Of a stretch of DNA of 64,000 nt, positions 1-14,015 are shown piece by piece. The DNA lies in contig CM120648.1 of the NCBI GenBank assembly GCA_051362555.1, forward strand, positions 2,147,721 to 2,211,720, read 5' to 3'. Source of the DNA: Lingula anatina. Taxonomy: Eukaryota > Animalia > Brachiopoda. The notes under the pieces were generated by a model. The model was given only the letters and a program-made list of their open reading frames with translations. It searched no databases and had not been told where the DNA came from. Position 1 is the stretch's first letter. Every line of letters begins with the position of its first letter. The position numbers and the translations under genes are program-made.

Positions 1-2139
1 AGGTAATTAGTCAGTTTGTCAGCTAGTCAACCATGTTATCCTTGCAGACATTGGTCAGAATTTTCTTTTTTTGTCATCCGTAGTATATGATTTCATATTT
101 TTTGCTGTAAAATGACATAGGAAAGAAATTAAGGTCATGATATATAGAAGTTTAGTCATATGACATGAATTAATAATTAAAACGGGCCTGTAGCTTGGCA
201 TCTTTCCATCATAGCAAGAGATGGGTTGTATATCAATTATTCACCAATTTGAATATCAGATTGGGCCACGGACACTTCTGCAGATGGGGGTTTTGTCCCA
301 GCAACCTACCAAGGCTTTCCTTTATTGCTTCGCTTATTGATATGAAACCAGAGTGCGGAAAGGCATTAGGGCTGGACTTATAGTCGATTAATACATGTAC
401 TAGTATGCTGCAGGGCTACTGGCCCCTGGCTTGATGAGTTTCATTATCATGGGTCAGGGAAAAGCTGGCTGCTTTTACTAAATTGATCTGTGTCTCTTGT
501 TGTTCTACACGTAAGTGCAATTTAAAACAAGGAACACCAGGCATCGCAGGTGACAGGCCCGCGGTGTTTATGGTCATTATGGGATATCTGGCAATATATG
601 AGTAAATGAGATTTTGTGTGTGTGTGTGTGTAAATTATAATTTCTTTTAGTCATCTTTATCTAAATAAAAGACATAAGAATGGTCTTCTTTTCTTAGAAA
701 AGAAATATTTTGATAAGCAAGAAGAAAGTTGATATAATTGTACAAAAAGGGTATTTCTTTGGGATGCAGTAATATGTCAGCAAACCCATCTTCCAGTGAG
801 TAAGAGCCCTTCATTCTCAAGTCTGTGAACTATATATTAACTTCAGTTAGTAATCTGTAAAATATTTTCATTGCTGCATACATATCCATAAAGAGCCAAG
901 AAGGAGAAATGAAAAGAAAAAAAACATGCCATCCATTGCCTTCATACTGAAAACCCATGCAGTTTTACGATGATTTAACGTTCATATTGTTCAGGAATAA
1001 CTGCAAGAGTGCATACCCCGCAGTTAGCAGAGCAAACGGATATGAACATGATCCATGATGCGGGCGCCTTTGGCTACATTGTATCTAGTTTACTGCAGCA
1101 TGTACTCCACCATCTATAAGACCAAGAACCCAGCCCCATGGCTGTCTGATTGTTAACAGCCGAAGTGGGTATTTATGGCTGTTGTAGAAATTATACCTGT
1201 TGAAAAGGAGAACAGATATCGTCATTATTATCCATTATACAAGTTCCATGTTGTAAAGTAGTGGAGAACACAGGTATAGCCAATAGTTCTAAGCAAGCTG
1301 TGACCCTTGTGTTAACAGCCTAGGTGTGCATTTATGGCCGTTAAAGAAATTATACCTGTTGGAAAGACGGACATAAAGGAAGATGGATGAGCGTCGTTGG
1401 TTTCACACTCTGCTTGGTGCTCAGGGATGCAGAAACCAAGAACTGGTGATTGTGTGGCCGCATTCACATTGGGTCAGGTGCGGAACGGTTCTTTGTGGGT
1501 TTTGGAGAGTTTGGTACATTGGGGTAATAAGGTTTACTTTGGGTGATATTTTGTGGTCATGGTTCCATTCTCTGCCAAGTTCTAGGCTGGTTTTGGACTG
1601 GTTGGTACTCAGGGATGTAGCAACTGAAAACAGTGTTGTTGTAAACAGTTCTGGTTGTTGAACAGTTTTCAAGAGATTGGTACTTGGGGATAAGGAAGCT
1701 AGCTTGCTTGCTTTGGGTTTCCATCTTCTGCCAACTTGAGAGTTGCTCTGAGCTGGTAAAGAATCAGTTAGGACACATGGACTTGGCAACTCATTGCCAG
1801 CAGCTTATATGAATATACAGAAAGTTTCTGGACTAGTTCCGAGTCTGGAGCATGCCTCAGTTCTCTAGGCAAAAAAAAAAAAAGAGAATCAGTTTTTACT
1901 GGTCCAGGAAGATGACCAACTGCCCTTAGGTCAACAAGCCAATGGTTCCGCCTGTATCACTGCCTTAAAGAGACATGCTATCTGAGGTCATCAGTTCACT
2001 CAGGTAGACTGGGTGTAATAGCTAGCTACAGCCAGGTAGACTTGGTGTAAGGGCTAGCAGAGTGCAGACAGACTGTGGCTATGCTGTTGGGTGGAGAGAC
2101 AGACAGACAGATGACCCTCTCCATGTCAGTCATTTCAAG

Positions 2140-2282
2140 AGGGGTTCTTTTTCTGAAAAAGTAGACCTTTCACCATGAGACCTCCTTGTACCTAGATAAA
2201 ATTTTACCTAGAGTGGATCTTTTCCCAGCAAAAAAAAGGGTGTTCTTTCGAACCCTCTTCCCCCCCCTTGCCTACAGGCCTG
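2140..2282. repeat. Dispersed repeat, family 4 (CAGG...CCTG ends)
   Basis: Similar to 6920-7090 (gaaaaagt.ga.cttt...tacctagat.aaat.tt...cccagcaaaaa...gaacccc.C-run) and to the reverse of 14839-14969. Confidence 0.65.
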
Positions 2283-3835
2283 CTGTCCTGTCTGTCAAAT
2301 GTAAGAGGGTCACGTCATGGCAGCATGTCTGGTTGGGATGGCCAGACGTCCGTGACCAGGGGCTGTGACAGCTACCAGTGACAGATGACAGAGTTAAGGG
2401 TTAAGACAGGACATGTGATGGTAGAGATATTAAGACACCCTGAGTTAAACAAGATTGTTCTACTATCAACATGCCTAGTTGTTTAAGGCTTTTTGTTCAT
2501 GGCAGTGGAAGCAGTTTCTAGTAACCCCTGAATTGCAGGGTGCTCCAAAAAGACCTTCTTTGACTTCAGATGGACATATAGATATTAACATATAAAGATA
2601 TAGGCCGTTGATATGTGTCGAGTTGACCTCCACAAATTACACAGTACTACTGGACTTATTCTGACAGTGCTATCTATATAGTTGTTTTTTTCCAGTCTTT
2701 TTCCCCTTAGTTAAGGCTTGTTGTAAATTGTGCTTTTGCTTAATATCAAAATATTCACTTATTGCTGAATTGGTGAACGAGTCGAGTTGCTATCTGATAT
2801 GTCGTCCCTTAATTGTTTGATTTCTGTACGTTAACAGGGATGATAATAATTTTTGGGTTCTGAACAGTCAGCAAAGAAATTGAATGTATCAGATTGTGTG
2901 TGTTAAGATAAGTGTTGCAACCAGCCAAAAGATGCATCAGTTACGCAAATGGTATGTGGAGAGAGGCCAGGGTCTTCCCTTACAGTGTAATCTATCCCCT
3001 TTTCTTCCCATTAACTATCTCGTAGTGGGCTACGGGTTAGAATGGCACTGCATTGCATCATGTTGTGACTCAGTGAGGGAAGGTTGTTGGCGCGGGGGCG
3101 GGAAAACATCTGATAGCTGGTGGATACTCCACCTAGTTGTATTACCACTTAAAACAGACTCAAACTTTTTTTATTAGTATTACTGATAGCTCTTCACAAT
3201 TGGAAGGAAGTTCTCATATTTACCAAAAAAAAAATAGAAATGATAGTTGTACAATGAATCAGGTCTTTCCTATTTGAACAGTGTGTAGTATTTCAGTTTG
3301 GAATCGTTGTTGTCTGGATTTTAAACCTTGTGTGTATTTTTAGAAATGGTTTAGCAGGACATTTCCCTCTGCTTTCTACAATAAAAAATATTTGATAATT
3401 GAAGACGACTTTTAACATATTAAAAATTTAGTGAATTATATATATATATATAGTAGACATGTATATATGTGGAACTCCACTGTATAATATGTACTTGTAT
3501 TTGTATGCTGGTTAGTATGTCATATAACTGACTCTCAGTGGAGGGGGGGGGGGGGGGCTTTCTCTCTCTCTACCCTCATGATCATCTCCAGCTTCCTGAC
3601 TTCATGGCAACGATGTATGTCTGCCTGCATGACAAACCTGATCATTTCTAATGCAATTGTTCTATAGTTATCAGGATAAGCTTGCTTTGTGTCTGTTGTG
3701 ATACCAGAGAGGGTATGATATGTATGTAGTGTTCTGTCTTGATAAATGTTGTTAATGAGACCTCACCCCATGGTCAACTCTAGATATAAGCTTACAGGAC
3801 CCAGCTCGCATTTTTTGGCCTGCATCAGTTCGCCA

Positions 3836-3942
3836 TCCACCATCACCCCTACCCACTACATCACCCCCACCCACTACATCACCCCTACCCACTATATCAC
3901 CCCCACCATCACCCCTACCTACTACATCACCCCACCCCCTCC
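3836..3942. repeat. 18-bp tandem repeat (catcacccctacccacta)
   Basis: About 5-6 copies visible directly. Confidence 0.9.
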
Positions 3943-5338
3943 CTATTTAATAGGTATTTTTTTTGCATACATTGAACTCCCAAAATTAGTGATTTAGTCT
4001 TAATGAAAAATACATGTGTGTGAATATATTTAATAATTTGACTTATTGTACATGTTAAAAATAAAAGATAAATAAAAAGGAATCCTTATAAATTCCTTTG
4101 GGAGAATTTCATATCCCACCCCATCTATCCCTCTCCAGGTTTAAGCCCCTTCCATTAATAGTACACTGAAAATGTCAATTTCCATTCTGAGGGTAGTTTA
4201 CTTGCCGTGACTCAGTCTTTGCAATTAACCCTGACATTTTATTTCTCTTTCTTTTTTTTAATGTTGGGCGGTCTCTGTTTCCCCATACCTCTCAGTGTCA
4301 TGTGAGCCAGTGATTCAGATCTGTCGTACTAGTAGCAGTGGTATTGTATAACAATCCATGTTCATGTTGTGTACATTTGATAGCTTTGATACTTTGTCTG
4401 AGGTTAGTGGGTGGTTAGGTATAGAATTAGTCTTGTCTTGGTAGGAGACCTGATGATGCTGCCCTCTTGTGGTGGAAAGTGGAAGTTAGGCTTGCAATTG
4501 GTAATTCTGTACTGTATATCAAAAACAGAACTATAAATTTTCAGCTGAGCCTTTTATTGCTGACTTTATTTAGGTTATCAAAATGTATTGATAGGAATTT
4601 TATGGTGAACAGGATCAATACAATCAGTCTTGCCCATATTTTGGAGAGTGCCTGTTTCTACCTTTAATTACTGGATAACATGGACAGTCAACGCTGCTTC
4701 ATGGAGATGCTGCCAGGATTTCATGTTTATGGATTTATTAACTTTGACTACAATAGGAACAAAGGTGATGTCAAAACAAGGAGGACACTGGGAACAATTC
4801 AGAGGAGAAAAAGTGAATTGTGTCCAATTGTGAAAAAAAAAAAAAAAAGGAAATAAGATAATCAAAGAATAGACTGGATATATCCACTCCAAGATGAGAA
4901 AGAGCATTACAAAACATATTCAGACAGTAAATTTCATATTTCAGACTTTTGTAGTAATTTCTCTGGTGAATTGTAATCTTATTTTATTTTGTGAATTTTG
5001 TTTATATTTTTGATATGTTAATAAAGATATATAAATATTAATTTATCTTTGTTTGGCTCAGAAGAATGATGTCTGGTTGAAATAATGGAAAATTCAGTGT
5101 ATCAGTCCAATGGCACATTTTTGATAAAATTATTTTTTGAGAAATAAGAGCATTTTTTTCACCAAAAAAAAAAAAAGATTTTACGAAGAATTATCATTTC
5201 TGATATCCATGGTATCTTTAATCAATTTATATTCGAACAACTGGACTTAGCACTATAATGAAATTAAATAACCTTGCAAAAGACACTTGGTAATTAACAT
5301 CATGTGCTTCACTGGATTGATACATTGATTTGATTGCT

Positions 5339-5341
<3 letters not shown>

Positions 5342-5396
<55 letters not shown>
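5342..5396. repeat. (CT)n microsatellite
   Basis: Perfect dinucleotide run. Other microsatellites: (AAT)n ~8129-8180, (CT)n ~11465-11495, (TAT)n ~21022-21073, (CT)n(AT)n ~30835-30938, (AT)n ~32136-32203, (CT)n(CA)n ~32740-32788. Confidence 0.95.
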
Positions 5397-5399
<3 letters not shown>

Positions 5400-6919
5400 C
5401 ATCACTAAATTTCTAGATCAATCAAAAGCTTGCCAATGCTACATTTGTCCATATCATCTGATTACAGCCATGTTAAAGTGGGCTGCACTGTTTAACCCCC
5501 ACAAATTAAAGCAGAGTAGACTACTTCATACGGACTTGATGTTAATTGTTATGTACGTAGTGCTCCCAATGACACAAAGCTTGAATCCTCGAAGAGAAGT
5601 TAATTTCCTCAAATCTCCCTCTTGAATAGCCTGACAAATAACTTAAAGGCTTGTTACATCATTCAAAGTAATGCAATTACCTTTTTGGCAAAAACTGCAT
5701 ATTGATGCTGAGTGGAAATATAGACGATGTTTGAAGCCATCTGTTTGATAAAGGCCACATGAAGAAGAAAAAGAGTTATTTATAGTTTTTTCTTTTTTCT
5801 TTGGAATTTGACAGTAAAATCATGGTGATATACCTGAAAATTGGTTTTTAAAAAGCCATCTCTTCAAATGGAACATTTTAGCATTTTGACCAAAAGCCTT
5901 CCTGATTATTATTTTCCAATTCCCTTACTATATACATTGCCTCTTTTGCTGGTGAGTATTTGGACCCTATATCACTTTAGTAACTATTTAATTTGATATC
6001 ATCATTATCATTCAAATGAAAATGAAATGACTATGAAAAATTTATTTCACTATATAGGAAATCATTGATGATGCTTAGAAAAGGCACAATTGTTATCACC
6101 CTTTCTTCCATGCCAAAATTCCAAGAACAGCCCCTTTAACCTGGCCAATTAATAGACAATTAGGAAGAACACATAAAACCATCTTCAAAAGATGAGAGAA
6201 GAAAGAGCGCGGCTTTATGGTTAAACGAGTCATGTGTGTCAGGTTGACTATGTTAATTGTGCCTATAAAAGAAGAACATTAATGAGTTTTTGGAGAATAA
6301 TATGCCACCAGTTTGTCTTTCATAGGTTTTTTACACGAGTGCAAGTGCTCTTTAAAGTTTATAGTGATTGGAGACCATTCGATTTATTTATTGATTTAAA
6401 AAATATTTTTAAGAAGCCCTTTGCATTTTCTTTTGGATATTCTCTCCCTTAATTGCATTGCCACAACATCAAATGATGATGTAGTTTTGCAATTACAAAC
6501 TAATTGCACCAAAGTCTAGTAAACATGTCATAATTACTAAACATTAAATATTAAATTACTACTTAGAAAAAAGAGCAATAGTCCTTCGAAAGAAAAAGAG
6601 TATAGTTATCCCATGTCAAGTGATACAACCATCATTGTCTACTACATATTTTATCTGGGGGAGAAAAGGCGCCCTTGAGCTGGAGACGACCACATGGCCA
6701 CTTCACATGATTCACAAACATCACTGCTAAGAAAATGTACCTTTGGATGAAAAATACAGCAAATGCCCCGTGTCAAGTCATAAAGTCATCATATTGTAAT
6801 AACTTATTTGACTACTTCTGGGGTCTCCCCAGACAGTCTCCCCAGAACAGGAAAGGAGTCCCTGTGACCTTGTTAATAACTCAAGGTTGGCTGGTTTGAA
6901 TTATGGTGGACCTCAGCCA

Positions 6920-7090
6920 CAGGTCTGTAGCCAGCAATTGCAGAAAGGGTTGGTCTCTTTTTCCGAAAAAAGTGGATCTTTTATCATGAAAGACTACCTA
7001 GATCAAATCTTGAACAGAGCAGACTTTCCCCAGCAAAAAGAGCGTTGTTTGTTTGAACCCCCTGCCCCCCCCCCCCTTCCTCGGTCAGGG
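6920..7090. repeat. Dispersed repeat, family 4
   Basis: Homologous to 2140-2282; starts caggtctgtagccagcaatt. Confidence 0.65.
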
Positions 7091-8137
7091 GTCCGAGGCA
7101 AGAGTCATATGATAGAGAAAGGAGAACAGTTTTATCGGTGGTCAAATGAAGTGGAAACGGGGAGGTCAAAAATGGCCTGAGCCCATCTACAGACTGATGT
7201 AAACAATTTTTGATTATTCCAATTTCCAAATTTGTTTTCTGAATGCAAGGTACTCAAATATGCACAAGTCTTGATCATTCCATTTCTAATATGATGTCAT
7301 CAGAAAATTTTTACAAAGATTTGTCCTGTCTTTTGTCCCATTTCGACCTAGAATTCATCTACTCAGACATTCTGAGGTTGTGTCTGAGAAACAAAATGAT
7401 CTTGATTTCAGACCTGTCTGACCTTGGCCTGAAAACTCAAAGCAGCATTTTCAGTGCTTTTGACCTCATCCTAGAGATACAAGTCTTCGAAATTTCCCAT
7501 CTCTGGGGTTTTAAGTCCCCCCCCCCCTCCCCCATGCTCTTTCCAGTCTCCACCTCACATACAGCTCAGCACTTTGGGTTCTTGTATTTTCATGATTTCT
7601 TAAAGGTCCACTTTCATCTTTAGCATCACGCCAAGTTGTGATTTAAAAACCTGTTGACACTCAGCTCTAATATAAAGGAACATGTGTACTGTTATACTGT
7701 ATGTGACCTTCTTATCCTGGCAAGTGCTTCCACATGTGAATATTTAATACATTTTATACCAGATGTTTCTGGCATATTTTATATGTCACAGCTAGGGTTT
7801 TATGATAACAGGGTTCTACAGTTCTTACATTGCTAGCACTAGTACTGCACTGGCCTTAGTAAAGTTATCCTATCCCCTCATTTAAAATGTATATTCATAA
7901 ATTTAGGATGGCTCAATTAAATTTAAAACTTGATTTTCAAGACATGTAGGGATGGGACGCATACCAGTATGATATTCAGTGCCATATAGTTTCCCACATA
8001 TCATGAAAATCAACTTTAAAAAAAATATATATATATATAAATATATTTTTTTTCCTAGTTCAAATCAGACCTAAAAACTATAAAACCCCGCAATTAAAAG
8101 TACCTGCCATGAGTTTAGAAATTGGGTATAATAATAA

Positions 8138-8182
<45 letters not shown>

Positions 8183-8570
8183 AAAGATGTACTCTAAACT
8201 TTAAATACTAAGATGCTAAGATCAGAAGCTCTACATAACATCGCCTCTAGAATTAAATTGCACTAACTAGATAATTATATAAATGGAATAAAATTGCACT
8301 TCCATTGTAAAGGTTAATTTTAGTTGTAGCACTTTGATTGATCATATGACAAATTCCAAATGTTACATTTTCACATACAGTGAAACCACATGGCAGTGGC
8401 TCAGATGTACGTCAGTGAGTGGCAGAGCAGAAATTGATGTAATGAATTGAAAAAACTTATACATTGTACATGTGGATCCTTGCACCTTGTTTAGTGATCT
8501 TATTTGATGATGTTAATTTTTAAGGTATATTTGAGTCAATTACGTACTATATTTTCATTCACATTTTTAG

Positions 8571-11460
8571 GATGAAATCCGCCAGGCGCGACGCATGAGA
8601 GAAATCAACGCAAAGGTCAAAGGTGATCCAACACGACTATGGAACCTGCGAATGAAATTTCTGGAACAAGCCAAAAAGTATTTTGGCGTCCCTTATGCAA
8701 AGAAATACTGGTCGCCAAAAGGTACACTCAGCAGTGCATTTAACATTGTCAAATTATTACTGAATGTTGAGAGTTAATTAAAATTTTTGTTTTCAAATAA
8801 AACATTTTTAGGTCTGTAGGAAAGCTTTCAATTTCTCAAAAAAATGTTCATCATCAAAACTGTAAGATAGCTGAAAATATTTTTGTAAAAAGTTGAAAAA
8901 AAAACATTGTTTGTTGAGGTTGATTTTTTTCTGACATTTTTTGAGTAACACAGAGACCATGCAAAAGAAAATCCAGAAGTCAAGACATCATAATGTTGTG
9001 AACACAGTGATTGCACAACTTCAAGCATCCTTTAACAATGACATTTTCTAGTTCAAATTTGAAACAATGACGACCTTGAAAAATGCATAAATTGACTTTA
9101 AAACATCAAAACTTTCAACAATTTTTGGACAACTCACTGTGTTTGGCTAACTGCATTATATTCTGCCTGAGGCAATCAGATTCCCATCGCAGGAATTCTT
9201 TTGTGTGAAGTTGTTAATAAATACTCTGTAAAATGCCGTACCAAGGCTGTAATGTCAGTTCCTCAAAGTCCCGATGGTTATTTTGATTGTTTTTTTATCA
9301 CACTATCTTGGGTTTAACCTCTTTCTTATCTCTCGTGTCGTCAGCTTTGAACTAAAAGGCAAATGTCATAAACTGTTTGTGAAGGCATTTTCCTTTTTTC
9401 ATTTTCATAATTTATACGTCTTTTTCTGTTTCTTTTTACTGGAGAAACAATGATTTAATTATTTTTTTCTTTTCAAATTTTATTCAAAAATGCACACTTG
9501 AGGAATGTAGGCTTAAACTTTACAATTTCTTCGCTTACTTGAGCTATACCCAACAAAGTTTTAAAATACCTTATTAACAACTCTCAACTGTAAACCGTGT
9601 GTTTGTTTTAACAGCAAATTGGATGAATATGAATAAATAAAGTGTTTCTTTCTGATATATTGTGAAACCAAATGAAAATCCAGTTAACTACATTTATTTG
9701 TATAAAAAATATGATAAGGTACATTATACAATACGACGAAATTCAATAAAATACAAAAAATACAACACAAAACAACAAAATTCAGTACAATACAATACAA
9801 AAAAAAAAAAAAGAAAATTCAACACAAAACAACAAAATTCAATACAATACAACACAACAAAATACGATCCAACAAAGTTTGATACAATACAACAATATTC
9901 ACTACAAAACAATACAGTAAAATTCAGTACAATACAATACAATACAAAAGAACAAAATACACAATACAATACAGTAAAATTCAGTATAGATACAATACAA
10001 GTCCATTGATCTAGCTACCTTCTATCCCCCCAGACCCAGAGTACTTCTCCAGTCAGTTTCTGGATTGCTGTGGCTTGGTGCGCCAAGTGCTCAGAGACAT
10101 GGAGGCGGAGCTGGGGTTCCGGGTCGGCCAGTGGAACCAGGCTTACCAGTTCGACACGCTGCCCATCACAGTGGAGAAGGAGGAAGACATGAAGCCTGGA
10201 GATCTGGTCTTCATCGCGGCCACGTATTACAACCCTAAATGTAAGTGATGGACTTTGTCTCCAGCTATGGTGTGTGTATGGAGCACGGCAGGTGCCCTGG
10301 GCGCAACATAAAGGGCGCCACTTAATGGAGCTGCTGTTTTATGTTTAAATCATCTTAATTAAATTATCTAAATTGTCATTATTTTTTATTTATTTATTTA
10401 TTTTTTGGTTTTCTTCATCAAAATGATGAATTCAAATCAAATATATATAAATAATTATTGTTTGAACAAATTTATTATTTATATGAAAATGACAAATCTC
10501 CGAAAAATATAGTAATGATTGTTGTTTGAGCATTTTGAGTTACTACGATAGCACCAAGCAGTCATATGCTAAGAGCTTCAGTTAACACAGGACAACAGAA
10601 GAGAGGTGTCAGTCTCTGCTTTATAATTTCTGGAGGCCATTGGTGTAAAAAGGTCTTAGGACCCCAGAAGGTTATGGGTATAGGACTTGCTGCCCTCAGA
10701 GCAAGTCTGCTCTTTAAACTCCAAGCGAAATATGTTGATGATTTGGAACCTTGTTCTCATCCCTATCCATGCATGTTTTACGTAACATAAGCTTCTCTCA
10801 GTCCCTATATCACAACTCTAGATCCAAATAAAGACATCAGGCCAGCACGATTTGTCTTTGTTGTTCTCTGTCCTTGATGTCAGGTAGCACCTGGCCTTGT
10901 GATGGTGTTTCATATAGTGTGATGTAGTTTCATTTCCTGAAGCTGTGATGTGATGAAGATGTTTCTTCTCCATGTTTGTTTATGTCAGCCCTGTTTCCAA
11001 TGCTCTGATGACATCCATTATTTGGTCAGCCTTGTGACTTCGGGGCTTGTCCATTCTCAGAATGGTGCAATGGATTATAAATAAATGGATCTAATCTGTT
11101 GTATTTGGATCAGAGATCTAGAGTCAAAGATATGTAAGCTATACATGCACCATTTATTATGGCTTTACTTTCAGAGACATCCTCTTCATTTTCAAATTTC
11201 CTGATGGTAACACTTTGACTTATTTTTTCTGTCAAAGTTAGACCAATTGTGAACAGTACCTTGTTAAACGGTGGTAGCACATGCTTTGATTACACAATGT
11301 AAAGTGCTGTAATAGTTTGGTGTTGCGGTTAAGTGACACAGAGATAAAATGTTAGTTCCTGGTTTGTGGAGATGTCACCTGCATGAAACGTGCTGCATGA
11401 TACACGTGATGATAACGTGATGATTGGCTTCCTTTCTTCTTAGAACTGCCACAATAAGTT

Positions 11461-11498
<38 letters not shown>

Positions 11499-14015
11499 CT
11501 GCACGGAAGAGAATTGGCCATTGCCTGTCTTGATTTACAGACAAGCTGAAAGACAGACAGACAGACAGACAACCTAAGGTATATCACAGCTTCTATAGCA
11601 GCAACTAAAGTATCATTTCTTATCTTGAATTCATCATCAACTCAAACAAAATGAATAATAATTTGCTTGTAGTGTAAAGATTATTTTATTTTTAGAAAAG
11701 CATTTTCTTATTTCAAAAGTGGGCATATCTTTTTTTTAATAATTGTTTCTTTCTGTCTGAAAGGAGACAGCCCTGCCTGACGCGCTAAGCGTTGACTGTT
11801 TGCAAAAATTTCCTCAAGGGCATGAAAATAAGCAAGTAAATTGAACTTTTTCTACTGTCAAACAAGCCTTAAATGGCATCCAGTCACCACAATTACTGTG
11901 CCAGAAATTTTCTAAAATTGGTGTCTCCATTCACCTTGAAATAAACAAATTGAATAAAAATATTCAAAACATGGGGAAATTCTAATTTCAACACTGATGT
12001 GTCACATTATATCAGACAATGATTATAACAGTGTTTGTTGGAGAATCATTTCTGTAATTACAGTTGTAAAAATTGACACCTTCAGTTTTCAACATTTGCC
12101 CTGCAAGTATCTACTTATCAACCCAACCCCCGCCAGCCTGAGCCGGGAATTTATGTGTGCCAGGCATGTAAGCCCTGAGGGAGCGCCTCTAAAAAGACCT
12201 GTTCCACTGGGCCACTTTTGTGTTAGAGCAATCACCGTGGCATTTTTGGTTGAAGTTTATAGTGTACTCCTTCCAGCAGTTTTATTGTTGGAGATATTTT
12301 CTTCCTTGTTGAACCGTTGCCCGAAGAAGCTAACACGGCAATTTACGAACTTCCCAGACTGTGACAGACCTGTGGGCACTTTATAGCATGACTTTTTTTT
12401 TAAATCTTTTTTTTTTCATTATATGATATATATATAAATCTGTGTTTATACTTAACACAAATACCTGATATTTATGAACTTAAACTACTTTTAAGGTTTA
12501 AAAATCTGGACTCTGTTTTTCATGAGCTGCCCTTTTGACCGGATAAGGTCTGCTCAGAATCAAAATTTGATCTAGGTTCTATGCCATTTTTTCAATCTGA
12601 GCAGCTAAGGGGGTAAAAAGTTCTACTTTACTGAAAAATAAAACAAAAAAAAATAATAAAAAAACATTGCAGGACTAATACATATCATTCATTTCTAATT
12701 TTAAAATGTGTGAAGTTACTCATTTGACTACAAAAATGCCATAGATATAACTACATTTGTATACATATTTATTAGAAATTATATTGATTTTCATCTTCAC
12801 AGTTTGTATTCCTTCTTGACCAACACTTGGGCAACGCATTCACTAACAGCACCCTCTACTGTTCTGTACTTCCAGCCAAAAGACAGCGCCATGACATGGT
12901 GCACGTGGAGATATGGCTGGGAGACGGCCCAAAGACGATAGGAGCACGCTGGCAGAGGGGAAAGGTCCAAGTGTTCGACAGTTACCAGTTTGAAGCCAAA
13001 AGTTACCACAGTCCTACATATATATTTAAGTCCATTGACACGTGGCTGATGGGAATATGCCAAAGGTACCTTGATACTTTAGGCTGGTTACATTTATTTG
13101 TTGTTCAGGGCTCCGTAACTCCAAAGCATCGCGAATTGTGATAGTGATATCACCTTTTATTTCGAAGCTATTATATGGGGTGAGTAAATCCTGAGTTATG
13201 GAATAGAGGCGAATCTCCATGCTTGGGCTCAGTCGCAATTCACGATGCTTTTGAGTTATGGAGCCCTGGACAGTCCTCAAACTAGGCTTGACCATGTTCA
13301 AAGTCCATTGTATCACATATTGGTAATTTGATATTTCATCCTCTCTCAGAACATACTAAAACAAAAGTTGTGAAATAAATTATTGATACTTAAATACATA
13401 TTTTTGTGGTCATCACATGTAATAATCAATCAGATTTAAGGCTGCTATTTTTTAACCCCAAAGGAAAACTGATAATTTAACTCTGCATGAAAAGATTTGT
13501 TTTACCCATTAACTTATGTGCTGTTTTGTTTTTATAGCTACTGCCCAGAGCACCCATGGAAGACATCCCGTTATGATCCAAGCAAGCGGTCTGTGTTCTC
13601 GTATTCAGACGACCAGGATGCTGAGGTGGAGGAAGAAGAAGAAGATGCAGAGGAAAGTGCTGGTGATACAGATGACGAAATGGTGCGCAGCTTTGGAGAC
13701 GAAAGGGACTTCAAAAAATACCTTTTCACAGCTGCAGAGGAGGTGAAGGCCATGAAAATGTCAAAGGTCAATGTCAAGGCCACAGCTCAAGCAATCTCAG
13801 AACTCAGTATTAACAGTGTCCAGGAAGCAGATTCCGTCCATTTATCACAGCAAAGTTCAGTCTCAGAAACTTTATGCAACAAGGAAAATGTGAGTGAAAA
13901 GACGAGGAGGAGTCCAATAGGCCCAGATGGCAATCCGTCCGATGCCGACACAGACGGTCAAGGGCAGAATGGGTCGTCTGCCACAGGAAGTGCAGGTGCG
14001 GACAAGGATGAGTAG
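8571..14015 (+). CDS. NlpC/P60-like cysteine peptidase domain plus acidic linker (5' half of the TTLL10 locus, or a separate upstream gene); 5' end unresolved
   Basis: Exons 8571-8721, 10034-10240, 12876-13065 and 13538-(13995 donor, or stop at 14015), all GT-AG with matching phases 1,1,2. The spliced translation ...FLEQAKKYFGVPYAKKYWSPKDPEYFSSQFLDCCGLVRQVLRDMEAELGFRVGQWNQAYQFDTLPITVEKEEDMKPGDLVFIAATYYNPKSKRQRHDMVHVEIWLGDGPKTIGARW... follows the NlpC/P60 motif order GxPY / DCSG / PGDLVF / HVGIYxGxG. Exon 8571 has an acceptor, so further upstream exons are likely; the first in-frame ATG is at 8595. Confidence 0.85.
9722..10000. repeat. Degenerate (CAATA)n-derived repeat immediately upstream of the catalytic-Cys exon
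   Basis: Repeated aatac/aacac/aaattcagtac units. Confidence 0.85.
13106..13268. mobile_element. MITE-like non-autonomous element, family 1
   Basis: ~36-bp TIRs (cagggctccgtaactccaaagcatcgcgaattgtga / tcgcaattcacgatgcttttgagttatggagccctg); related copy at 57054. Confidence 0.8.

Noticed and set aside
6164-6242. Candidate upstream exon EEHIKPSSKDERRKSAALWLNESCVS of the peptidase gene
   Set aside because: Weak acceptor, and its phase-1 end does not match the phase-0 start of exon 8571; cannot be supported without transcripts.
8571-13065. NlpC/P60 domain as bacterial contamination or very recent horizontal transfer
   Set aside because: The domain is split by spliceosomal introns containing host-type repeats and is contiguous with animal genes. 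Ancient transfer is not excluded.
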